NCBI RefSeq assembly: GCF_000011125.1 | Contig: NC_000854.2 | Coordinates: forward strand, 210,001-242,000 | Length of the DNA stretch: 32,000 nt | Direction of reading: 5' to 3' | From: Aeropyrum pernix K1 | Lineage (GTDB): Archaea; Thermoproteota; Thermoprotei_A; Sulfolobales; Acidilobaceae | Part shown: one piece after another, positions 7,622 through 16,164 of the stretch | How positions within the stretch are numbered: position 1 is the stretch's first letter | Layout: the number at the start of each line of letters is the position of its first letter | Program-made: the position numbers and the translations under genes | The notes under the pieces: model-generated | Database searches by the model: none | What the model was told of the DNA's origin: nothing | Seen by the model: the letters and a program-made list of their open reading frames with translations, nothing else

Positions 7622-8590
7622 TCACCTCTCTTCAAGGTGGCATGCCACTAGTCTTCCAGGAGCTCTCTCTTCCAGCCTAGGCTTTATCCTCATACACACA
7701 TCCATAACGTAGGGGCAACGAGGGTGGAATCTGCAGCCTGGAGGAGGGTCTGCCAGGCTTGGGGGTTCTCCTCTTATTGGCTCTATCTCCTCGTCTACGT
7801 GTGGCTTTGGTATGGACTTTAGAAGGCCTTTAGTATATGGATGTAAAGGTCTTTCGAAGAGGCTAAATACATCAGCAACCTCAACTACGTGTCCAGCATA
7901 CATTACAGCAATTCTATCGGCTATCTCAGCGGCTACAGCTAAGTTATGAGTAATCAGAATTATTGTTGTCTCGAGCTCCTCTCTTAGTCGAGAAAGCATC
8001 TTAAGAATCTGTGCTTGAACCGTCACATCAAGGGCTGTTGTGGGCTCATCAGCTATAATAATCCTAGGTCGGGTTATTAGTGATGCAGCTATGACTATTC
8101 TTTGCTTCATACCTCCACTAAGCTCGTGAGGATACTTTTCCAGGATCATATGGGGAGCTGGCATCATAAGCTTCTTCAAAATTTCTTGTGCTATCTTCTC
8201 TACCCTCCTTTTCTCCCCCGAAACGTGATCTGTAACTTGCTTTTTGACCTTATGGACAGGGCTTAGAGCTGCAGATGGATCCTGGAATATCATCGAAACT
8301 ATTTTACCCCTTATCTTGACTAACTCATCTTCCGAAAGCCTAACTAGATCCACTGTATTGCCGCTTCCAAGATTTAGGATTATACTTCCTTTCTCAATGA
8401 CGGCATTGCTAGGTAGTATTCTTGCTATGCTCCTGGCCAAAGTTGATTTTCCACAGCCTGACTCGCCCACTATTGCCAGTATCTCACCTTGATATACATC
8501 AAGCTCTACTCCGTCTAGTGCATTAACTACCCCTTGCCTAGTGTAATAGTTAACAGTTAGATCTCTTATAGACAGAACAATCTCACTCAA
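7622..8590 (-). CDS. Opp/Dpp-type ABC transporter ATP-binding protein (OppD-like)
   Basis: GESGCGKS, LSGGMKQR, IIIADEPTTALD, ITHN. C-terminal CRFHPRCPYVMDVC...LVACH. Confidence 0.9.
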   Translation of the reverse strand: MSEIVLSIRDLTVNYYTRQGVVNALDGVELDVYQGEILAIVGESGCGKSTLARSIARILPSNAVIEKGSIILNLGSGNTVDLVRLSEDELVKIRGKIVSMIFQDPSAALSPVHKVKKQVTDHVSGEKRRVEKIAQEILKKLMMPAPHMILEKYPHELSGGMKQRIVIAASLITRPRIIIADEPTTALDVTVQAQILKMLSRLREELETTIILITHNLAVAAEIADRIAVMYAGHVVEVADVFSLFERPLHPYTKGLLKSIPKPHVDEEIEPIRGEPPSLADPPPGCRFHPRCPYVMDVCMRIKPRLEERAPGRLVACHLEER

Positions 8591-9513
8591 ACTAGAACAC
8601 CCCTCTTCCTAGTCCTCGGATCTAACACATCTCTAAGACCATCTCCAAGAAGACTCCAGCCTAATACCCAGAGGAAGATGGCGATGCCTGGGAAGAATAC
8701 GGGCCACCAAGCTCCTTGGAGAAGCCAGTTCCTCCCTTCGCTAATCATTATACCCCACTCAGCCGTTCCTGGCTGTGCACCAAGACCGAGGAAGCCGAGC
8801 CCAGAAGCTACAAGGACAACCAAACCGAGGTCCATACTTGCTATAACCAGCACTGTGTAAATAGAGTTTGGCAGTATATGTCTGGCTATTATCCTATACG
8901 TATTCAATCCTAGTATTTTAGCGGCCTCAACATATGGCTCGTTTTTAACCCTCAAGACCTCGGCTCTAACTATCCTTGCATAAGCGGGCCACCACACGGC
9001 TATTAAAGCTAATATCATGTTTTGTAGGCTCCTCTCCATCATAGACGCTATTGCCATGGCAAGTATGAGGCCTGGGAGTGATAGAAACACTTCGGTTATT
9101 CTCATAAGAATATTATCTATTATTCCTCCGAAGTAGGCTGAGATGCTGCCTACTACGACACCTATGGCAACAGCTACACCAACAACAATTAACGATATCC
9201 TAAGGCTGATCCGAGTACCCCATATCACACCATAATATATATCGTAATAGCCTGGAGGGCCGGAGGTGCCAAAGGGATGCTTACTGCTGGGAGGCAAGGG
9301 TTCTGAAGAATATACTTTTGGAATCTTATATGGATCAGGATAATTAGGTGGGGCTAGCAGGGGGGCGGCAACAGCTATCAGTATAAACCCCGTGATTATT
9401 ATTAGTCCCATCCTGGATAGCGGGTTAGAGTACAGCTCCAGTATCAAACTCTCAAATTTCTCGTAGAGACTCTTTACAATGAGTAGCGGCAATGTCCGCC
9501 ACCCCCTACTCAT
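8587..9513 (-). CDS. Opp/Dpp-type ABC transporter permease (OppC/DppC-like)
   Basis: Multi-TM protein with a typical permease core (AYARIVRAEVL..EPYVEAAKILG). 4-nt overlap with the downstream ATPase gene. Confidence 0.88.
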   Translation of the reverse strand: MSRGWRTLPLLIVKSLYEKFESLILELYSNPLSRMGLIIITGFILIAVAAPLLAPPNYPDPYKIPKVYSSEPLPPSSKHPFGTSGPPGYYDIYYGVIWGTRISLRISLIVVGVAVAIGVVVGSISAYFGGIIDNILMRITEVFLSLPGLILAMAIASMMERSLQNMILALIAVWWPAYARIVRAEVLRVKNEPYVEAAKILGLNTYRIIARHILPNSIYTVLVIASMDLGLVVLVASGLGFLGLGAQPGTAEWGIMISEGRNWLLQGAWWPVFFPGIAIFLWVLGWSLLGDGLRDVLDPRTRKRGVLV

Positions 9514-10534
9514 ATCTTATCCTCGGATCCAGGTACGCTAGCAGAATATCCACAGCTAGATTTACCACTATAAAGAGGGTGCCCACAAAAAGTGTAAATC
9601 CCACTACCGCAGCTGGGTCTAGCTGTATTGCTGCATTGGCTGCAAATCTACCGAGTCCTGGCCAGTTGAAAACCGTCTCTGTCAGTACAACCCCGCTCAT
9701 TAGACCTACGAATTGTAATCCAGCTACGTTTACAAGAGATATGTAGGAGTTTCTTCTAACGTAATCTTTTAGTACAACTTCTCTTCTGAGACCTTTGCTT
9801 AAAGCAAAGTCAACGTACTCTTTATTCATCTCCTCTATCATACTGCTTCTGAGCACCCTTATGAATATCGCTATGTGGATGTAGGTTTGAGTAAGGACAG
9901 GAGGTATCAGATGTTTAACAGCATCGATAAAGACTTCAATGTTTCTATTCAGCAGGGCGTCTATGGTTAATAGCCCCGTGTAGAACTTAAAGTCCCCGTA
10001 AGGTGGCATGTACTTGAATCTTACTTCTAAGCTCAGCCTTCCTGGGCCTACAAAATCGAGAACGTTGTAAAATAAATAGAGGAGCATGAGTGCCAGCCAA
10101 AATACGGGCATAGAGTATCCACTCAGGGCAAGGAGCCTTGTTAAATGATCAATCAACTTGTCCTTATTGGCCGCCGCCTTAGTTCCAAGATAAACACCAA
10201 CTATAATAGAGAGTGTGAATGCATATAATGCTAGCTCCAGAGTTGCTGGGAGGAAGCTCTTAATAGCCTCGGTTACTGGCATATTGGCCGTGACAGAATA
10301 GCCCAGGTCCCCTTGTAGCACTCCCTTGAGCCAGTAAATATATTGCACGTAAAGCGGGTCGTCAAAATGATAGAGCTCCCTAACCCTCTGCACATCCTCA
10401 GGCGTCATATCAGGATGTATGTATATGGCGGCTGGATCGCCTACAAGCCTTGTAAGTATAAATACCAGGATCGAAAGGCCAAAGAGGGTTGGTATTGCCG
10501 ATAAAAACCTGTATATTATATATTTTATTAGCAT
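9506..10534 (-). CDS. Opp/Dpp-type ABC transporter permease (OppB/DppB-like)
   Basis: Characteristic N-terminus YIIYRFLSAIPTLFGLSILVFILTRLVGDP and a multi-TM body. 8-nt overlap with the next permease gene. Confidence 0.88.
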   Translation of the reverse strand: MLIKYIIYRFLSAIPTLFGLSILVFILTRLVGDPAAIYIHPDMTPEDVQRVRELYHFDDPLYVQYIYWLKGVLQGDLGYSVTANMPVTEAIKSFLPATLELALYAFTLSIIVGVYLGTKAAANKDKLIDHLTRLLALSGYSMPVFWLALMLLYLFYNVLDFVGPGRLSLEVRFKYMPPYGDFKFYTGLLTIDALLNRNIEVFIDAVKHLIPPVLTQTYIHIAIFIRVLRSSMIEEMNKEYVDFALSKGLRREVVLKDYVRRNSYISLVNVAGLQFVGLMSGVVLTETVFNWPGLGRFAANAAIQLDPAAVVGFTLFVGTLFIVVNLAVDILLAYLDPRIRYE

Positions 10535-10550
10535 TTTCCTGGGCTCACCC

Positions 10551-12959
10551 TCACCCCTTGGTTAGTGCATAGTACCAGATGCCTCCATAGAATGGGTTGT
10601 AGAAGTAGCCTTGTATCCAGTCTCTCATCACTACAAACACTGTCGGATATACTGTGTATATTTGGGGAACGTCTTCCCTCAGAGCGATCAGTTGTATCTG
10701 TTTATATAGCTCCTCCCTCTTCTGGGGATCCGTTTCAAGCGCTGCTTGTTTTATAAGTTCATCAACCTTCGGGTTACTGTAGCCTCCTCCCAGGCTCTGG
10801 AATAGGCTGTAACTGGCTAACTGTTGCTCCACAGCTATGTGGGGATCTAGGTAGTTTATCCAGTCTCCAATAGCGAATAGTGGTAGCTCAAAGTTTTCCA
10901 TCTTCTCAAGGTAGACTGGCCAGTCTAGAGCCTGGACCCTGAGCTTGAACTTCGGATTAATTTTCTGAAGACTTTCGGCGAGTAGCTCCAAAGCTATCCT
11001 ACGCTGCTCGTTGCCTGCGTTGTAAAACGCTGTTATAACGAAGCCCTCTTCCCATACTCTTCCTCCCCAAGCTTTCTTGAAATACTCGGCTGCCTTCTCA
11101 GGGTCGTATTCATAGTTATAGGCCTCAACGTAGCCTGGCCATCCTGGCGGTACACAAGCTCTAGCCCTTATTGCGAGGCCTTGGTAAGCCTTCTCTATAA
11201 ATTCCTCGTAGGGGAACGCGTAGGCGAATGCTTTGCGCACGTTTACATCCGTGAAGAAGTCGGGCCAGATGGTGTCTCCTTCTGGAATCTTCGATATGTT
11301 GAAGTTGAACTGTATAAACTCAACCACATTTGTTGCCGCTCCCGTAAAGATCGTTATACCAGGAACGTTCTCCACTTGAGACTTGTAAGACACTGGTATA
11401 TCGGCGATATCTACGTCTCCGTTCTTAAGCATTAGCAGTCTCGTGCTCAGCTCAGGGACGAACATTATCACTACTCTTTTTGTAGGGGCTGGACCTTGCC
11501 AGTAGTCTTCAAACCTTTCTAGAACGATCCTCTGTCCTGGAACCCACTCTACCATCTTATATGGACCGGTTCCCATAGGATTCCTCATTATATAGTCGTT
11601 TATCTTGCCCCTGAATTTTGACCACTCCGACTTTGGTAAACTCGGATCCCAATCCCCATGCTCTATAGCCCACTTTTTATTTATTATAACAAAAGCGTAG
11701 TCACTGGCTAGTATTCTTAAGAAGGGTGCGAACGGTTTTTTCAGTTTGAACACGACTGTGTATTTGTCGATGGCCCTTATAGCTTGGTCTATCTGGTCGG
11801 GATCCCATTCGTCTATGAGGAACGGCTTTATCTGCCTCACGTGGCCTTGTGGAAGGTCTAGCACCAGTAGACGTTTAAACGAATATTCTACGTCGTAGGC
11901 TGTTAACTCCTCTCCGTTGTGGAACTTAACCCCCTTCCTGATATAGAATATGTACGTTGTGCCGTTGTCCTTGATCTCCCACCTTTCAGCTAGCCAAGGC
12001 TTTATCTCCTTAAAGTTTTTAGTGGTCCACACTAGCCTTTCATATACATTGTCTATTATTTCTGCTGATGCGGTATCGTGCGCAAAGGCCGGATCTAGAC
12101 CCTGGGGCTCACCTATCCTGGCGACTATAATAGTGTCTGGGTGCTTCAACTGTATCGCTGGACCTTTCTTCTCTTCTACAACTCTAATTGTTTTTATGGC
12201 GGAGGCGGTTTTTCCATTTACAGCCTTAACAGTAAGTTTTACGGGATATGATCCTGGCTTTTCGAACGTGTGTGTTACACTCTTTCCAGTAGCTGTCGTG
12301 CCGTCGCCAAAATCCCATACATACTCTGTTATCGCTTCTACAGACTTAACAATGCTTACTTTATCATCCTCCTTCTTCTCTACCCACGCCCAAGAGGAGG
12401 ACCCGTCAAATGAGACTTCTTCCCCAGGTGTAACGATATCTTTGTCGCTAGATATTACAGCTACCGGAGGCGAGTCGGGCGACTGGGGTATATCTCCTAT
12501 CTCAACTGTTATGTATAGCAAAGTCTCGTCATTAGTATCCACAGCTCCCTTGTCGTCCTTAACCGTAAGGACCACTATATACGATCCTGGCAGTTCATAA
12601 GCGTGAGAAACTTTGGCCCCAAATGCTGTCGTGCCGTCGCCAAAATCCCATACATATTCAACGATTTTCCCGTCCGGGTCTTTTGAGAGAGTTCCATCGA
12701 ACTCTATAACCTCACCAACTTTAGCAAAGAGTGATGAGGCCCTAGCTATGGCGTAAGGCGGGTTATTAACTTCAGGCGCAATAGTCTCCTTAGGAGCTTC
12801 GGTGGGGCTAGCAACAGTTTCTGTTGTAGTAGGGCTGGCTGTCTCGCCTCCTCCCGGAGTTGTAAATAATTGCCATGCAGCCACGATTATAAATACTATA
12901 ATTAAAGCTGCTATGGCTATTCTCACTCCTATAGAACGGCTATTCGACATCCACCTCAC
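10551..12959 (-). CDS. family-5 (peptide/oligosaccharide-type) ABC substrate-binding protein with an N-terminal anchor and two PKD domains
   Basis: TM anchor, then a Thr/Pro linker and two PKD repeats (both contain EYVWDFGDGTTA). The SBP_bac_5-like body includes WEIKDNGTTYIFYIRKGVKFHNGE. The start may be the ATG three codons inside the GTG at 12959. Confidence 0.88.
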   Translation of the reverse strand: MRWMSNSRSIGVRIAIAALIIVFIIVAAWQLFTTPGGGETASPTTTETVASPTEAPKETIAPEVNNPPYAIARASSLFAKVGEVIEFDGTLSKDPDGKIVEYVWDFGDGTTAFGAKVSHAYELPGSYIVVLTVKDDKGAVDTNDETLLYITVEIGDIPQSPDSPPVAVISSDKDIVTPGEEVSFDGSSSWAWVEKKEDDKVSIVKSVEAITEYVWDFGDGTTATGKSVTHTFEKPGSYPVKLTVKAVNGKTASAIKTIRVVEEKKGPAIQLKHPDTIIVARIGEPQGLDPAFAHDTASAEIIDNVYERLVWTTKNFKEIKPWLAERWEIKDNGTTYIFYIRKGVKFHNGEELTAYDVEYSFKRLLVLDLPQGHVRQIKPFLIDEWDPDQIDQAIRAIDKYTVVFKLKKPFAPFLRILASDYAFVIINKKWAIEHGDWDPSLPKSEWSKFRGKINDYIMRNPMGTGPYKMVEWVPGQRIVLERFEDYWQGPAPTKRVVIMFVPELSTRLLMLKNGDVDIADIPVSYKSQVENVPGITIFTGAATNVVEFIQFNFNISKIPEGDTIWPDFFTDVNVRKAFAYAFPYEEFIEKAYQGLAIRARACVPPGWPGYVEAYNYEYDPEKAAEYFKKAWGGRVWEEGFVITAFYNAGNEQRRIALELLAESLQKINPKFKLRVQALDWPVYLEKMENFELPLFAIGDWINYLDPHIAVEQQLASYSLFQSLGGGYSNPKVDELIKQAALETDPQKREELYKQIQLIALREDVPQIYTVYPTVFVVMRDWIQGYFYNPFYGGIWYYALTKG

Positions 12960-13381
12960 CTAACGTTGTCACTTTTACACTTAGATTTTTGGGCACCTCT
13001 ATATAAACTTTTTTGAAAATTTATTTTTTATAATATAAAGGTACAAAGTAATATTTTGAAAAATTTTTAAAGAAAATAAAAGTTCTCTAACATCTAATTT
13101 ATACATGTAAAAAATTGATGATTACCAAAAAAGTTTATTTTTCGTCTTAAGTGTTAAAAATTGATTCAACCCTACTGTCGAATTTACATAATGTGAACTA
13201 TTATTTATGTTAGTGTAAGGAAGATATACATATTCTTTTATAAAAATGATTGAGAGTTCCAACAGGATACATCCTTAGGATATCCAGAATTATGCTGCTT
13301 TTCGAGCCATCAAGCTTTGCTTTATGACTAGTCATGATAATATGGAACTTAACTACAACTGTAGTTACGCAGTAGCAGGGT

Positions 13382-14818
13382 GTGTTGGCTGTGGGCGATA
13401 GCTTACTCTGTAGCGTTGACGTTGGAACCTCTGGGATTAGGCTAAGTTTATACGGTGAGGACCTAGGGCTAGTGGCCAGATATACCGAAGAGCTCACTCT
13501 CTACTATAGTGGGAATAGGGTTGAGCAGGACGCCTTGATTCTTGCGGCTAATGTTAGGGATATGCTGGGGAAGGCGGCGAGGTCAGGGTGTAATGTAGTA
13601 GGCCTGTCCATCTATAGGGGTTCTGTGGTTGCTTGGAGAAATGGTAAACCACTAAGTGATGTGATTACGTGGATGGATTCAAGGGGTTTGGAGGAATATT
13701 CGAAACTCCCTCTCGGTGCCAGGCTTGTTTCGAAATCGCCTGTGTTGGGGAAGGCTCTAAAGCCTGGGTCTCCAGCGCTTGTGATGAGGCGGCTATGGCT
13801 CAACCACCCGGGAGCCAGGATTTGGAGCATTGACGGGTTCCTTTCTGACATGTTAACCGGAGAGTTTACAAGTGATCCTGGTCAGGCCGCCCTAACAGGC
13901 CTTGTGAGCCCCTACAGCTTGAAACCACTCAGCCTCGTTATCAGACTTCTAGGTCTAAGGGGGCTTGAGCTACCAAGGCTTAGGCTTCACAACGAGCCCT
14001 TAACACGGGTTGGAGGGGTTCTTGTGGGGCCTATGGTTGCGGACCAGCAGGCTGCATCAATAGGCCTGGGCTGCTTAAGGCCGGGGTGTGTTAAGGCCAC
14101 CCTTGGGACAGGCCTTTTCCTGGACGCGCCAGTTGAGGGCAAGCCTCCCCTCTTCACCGGGGATCTCATACCCGTTGTTAACCTCGCCCTGCCCGGGCGG
14201 GTCTACTATGGTCTTGAGGGCTTCGCTGCTGGTGTGGGTATGGTTTTCGACGCTTTCGCGAGGGTTCTAGGCGGGTTTAGCGTGTTGGAGGAGAAGGCGT
14301 TGGAGCCTGCTGATCCGGCTCCCGTGGTTCCGGTGCTCGCAGGCCTCAGAACGCCGTATAGGCCGCTCCTGCGGGGTGCGGTGCTCGGCGTATCTCCGGG
14401 TTTCACTGCAGCTTCTCTCGCCAAGGGTCTCATAATAGGCACCCTACTGACAGTGCTCTCCATCTATAGGGAGCTCGCCCGTAGGATGGGGGGTTTCGGG
14501 GAGCTCAGAATAGGAGGAGGGCTCTCCAGGCTAGGCCTTCTAGCCTCCTCTATAGCTTCCGCCGTGGGAGTTAAGGTGTATAGGAGCGTGGACTATAACG
14601 ATTCTGCACGGGGCGCCGCTCTAGTGGCTGGATATGCGTCTGACCTCATATCTAGGGAAGAGCTTCTAAACCCTCCTGTCAGCCTAGTTGAGGTGGAGCC
14701 CTTGGAGGAGCTTAGCCTCAGTGGTGTTGATGCTTGGCTCGGCTTGGTGGATGCCCTGGCCTCGGAAGACTTCTCGAGAAGGTTAGAGGAGATCCGGAGG
14801 TCGAGCTTTCGGAGGTAG
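13382..14818 (+). CDS. FGGY-family carbohydrate kinase (glycerol/xylulose-kinase-like; substrate unknown)
   Basis: N-terminal phosphate-1 motif VDVGTSGIRLSLY, ATLGTGLF, and a C-terminal IGGGLSR motif. GTG start. Confidence 0.8.
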   Translation: MLAVGDSLLCSVDVGTSGIRLSLYGEDLGLVARYTEELTLYYSGNRVEQDALILAANVRDMLGKAARSGCNVVGLSIYRGSVVAWRNGKPLSDVITWMDSRGLEEYSKLPLGARLVSKSPVLGKALKPGSPALVMRRLWLNHPGARIWSIDGFLSDMLTGEFTSDPGQAALTGLVSPYSLKPLSLVIRLLGLRGLELPRLRLHNEPLTRVGGVLVGPMVADQQAASIGLGCLRPGCVKATLGTGLFLDAPVEGKPPLFTGDLIPVVNLALPGRVYYGLEGFAAGVGMVFDAFARVLGGFSVLEEKALEPADPAPVVPVLAGLRTPYRPLLRGAVLGVSPGFTAASLAKGLIIGTLLTVLSIYRELARRMGGFGELRIGGGLSRLGLLASSIASAVGVKVYRSVDYNDSARGAALVAGYASDLISREELLNPPVSLVEVEPLEELSLSGVDAWLGLVDALASEDFSRRLEEIRRSSFRR

Positions 14819-14871
14819 GGCCCCCGGAGTTCGATGTTCCCCAGTTCAGCAGGTGGCCGTTGCCGTTGGAC

Positions 14872-16164
14872 ATGTGGCCGCTCTGGCCGTTGCTGGTGGA
14901 GAAGGGGTTCAGGCCTCGTGCGTATGTGGCGAAGCCGCGGAGCCGAGGGGCTGTTGAGAGGATTGTGGAGGCGGCTGCGGAGGCTGGAGCATGCCTCGTG
15001 CCTAGGGGAGGCGGCTCTAACGTCGTGGGCGCCTCACCCCCGCTCGGCTGCTGCCTCATACTTGACCTGAGGATGCTGGACAAGATATTGTGGTTCAGCG
15101 GTGAGGACCTCGTTGTCCACGTCGAGGCGGGGGCTGTTGTCTCGAAGGTTGAGGAGTGGCTGAACAGGCGGGGATACACACTGGGCTACCACCCCCAGTC
15201 CCAGAGCCTTGCCACTGTAGGAGGCTCCATAGCCATGCTAGGCTCGGGCGCCCTAGCACCGGGGCTGGGTAACATAGAAGACATGGTACTCTGGCTGGAA
15301 ACAGTTATACCGGGTCTCGGAACCGTCACGCTAGGCTCCCGCAACAGCCCCCGTGGGTGGGAGGGGCCGGGGGTCAAGCACCTATTCATAGGGTCTGAGG
15401 GCTCACTGGGCGTCGTCGTATCGGCGGGCCTCAGGGTCAGGCCGCTGCCCGAGTTTACAGGCGCCCTGGCCTACAGGCTGCCCGGCTTCCGCGAGGGTCT
15501 AGAGGCTGCGAGACGGCTCACACTATGGAGGGGCGCCAGGCTTCTGAGGCTTCTAGACCCCAGTGAGGCTAGCATGCTCTACGGCGTCGACGGCGCCGTG
15601 CTCATGGTGGAGGTTGAGGCGCCAGATAGGGGTTTGCTGGAGGCTATGGAAGGCTATGTTGAAAAGGTCGCCTCCGCCAGCGGAGGTTCAAGGGTTGAGG
15701 GTGTCTACGAGAAGTGGGCTAGGGCTAGGTACATGTACGACGAGCACGTTAGGCAGCTCTGGAGCGCCGGTCTATGGGTCGACACTATAGACACGGCAGC
15801 CCCCTGGAGCAGGGTTGAGGACCTCAACAGGAGGCTCCTGGAGGACCTCGCGGGGATTCCAGGCGTTGTAGCTGTTATGAGCCACGCGGGCCACTTCTAC
15901 AGCGGGGGGGCGAGCCTATACCACACCGTCGTTATGGAGAGGAGGCTTGACACGTACTGGAGGGTCTGGTCTAGAGTGGCAGAGGCTGTTAGACAACTGG
16001 GCGCCTCGATAACCCACCAGCACGGCTGGGGCCTGCTCAGGAAGCCCTACCTAGGGTTTTTAGGCGGGAACTACAGGGTGTTCTGCCGCGTCAAAAACAC
16101 CCTGGACCCCGGGAACGTCCTCAACCCCAACGGCATCTCCTCGAGGTGCAGCAGGGTTGGATAG
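14872..16164 (+). CDS. FAD-linked oxidase (GlcD / alkyl-DHAP-synthase-like, FAD_binding_4 fold)
   Basis: PRAYVAKPRS..VERIVEAA...LVPRGGGSNVVG, and C-terminal HQHGWG....KNTLDPGNVLNPNG. The ORF is open from a TTG at 14734, which would overlap the kinase by 85 nt. I list the first ATG; the start is unresolved. Confidence 0.8.
   Translation: MWPLWPLLVEKGFRPRAYVAKPRSRGAVERIVEAAAEAGACLVPRGGGSNVVGASPPLGCCLILDLRMLDKILWFSGEDLVVHVEAGAVVSKVEEWLNRRGYTLGYHPQSQSLATVGGSIAMLGSGALAPGLGNIEDMVLWLETVIPGLGTVTLGSRNSPRGWEGPGVKHLFIGSEGSLGVVVSAGLRVRPLPEFTGALAYRLPGFREGLEAARRLTLWRGARLLRLLDPSEASMLYGVDGAVLMVEVEAPDRGLLEAMEGYVEKVASASGGSRVEGVYEKWARARYMYDEHVRQLWSAGLWVDTIDTAAPWSRVEDLNRRLLEDLAGIPGVVAVMSHAGHFYSGGASLYHTVVMERRLDTYWRVWSRVAEAVRQLGASITHQHGWGLLRKPYLGFLGGNYRVFCRVKNTLDPGNVLNPNGISSRCSRVG

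Noticed and set aside
13114-13180. UUGAUGA ... AUUGAUUC ... CUGU in the AT-rich spacer, as a possible C/D sRNA.
   Set aside because: Its boxes are degenerate, it lacks a CUGA D box, and in roughly 15 percent GC sequence such matches are expected by chance.
12960-13381. The AT-rich spacer as a possible replication origin (DNA-unwinding element).
   Set aside because: I saw no origin-recognition-box-like long repeats in inverted arrangement. There is no adjacent orc1/cdc6 gene in the window. The short repeats fit promoter/operator elements better.
13210-13497. 95-aa minus-strand ORF spanning the AT-rich spacer and the kinase start.
   Set aside because: It overlaps the well-supported FGGY N-terminus on the opposite strand, and the rest lies in roughly 20-30 percent GC spacer. 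It has no motifs.
14734-14871. An 85-nt overlap between the FGGY kinase and the FAD oxidase if the oxidase starts at TTG 14734.
   Set aside because: This is probably a start-codon artefact of taking the longest ORF. TTG at 14860/14866 or ATG at 14872 remove the overlap. Since the N-terminal residues could still belong to the oxidase, I note it under that feature instead.
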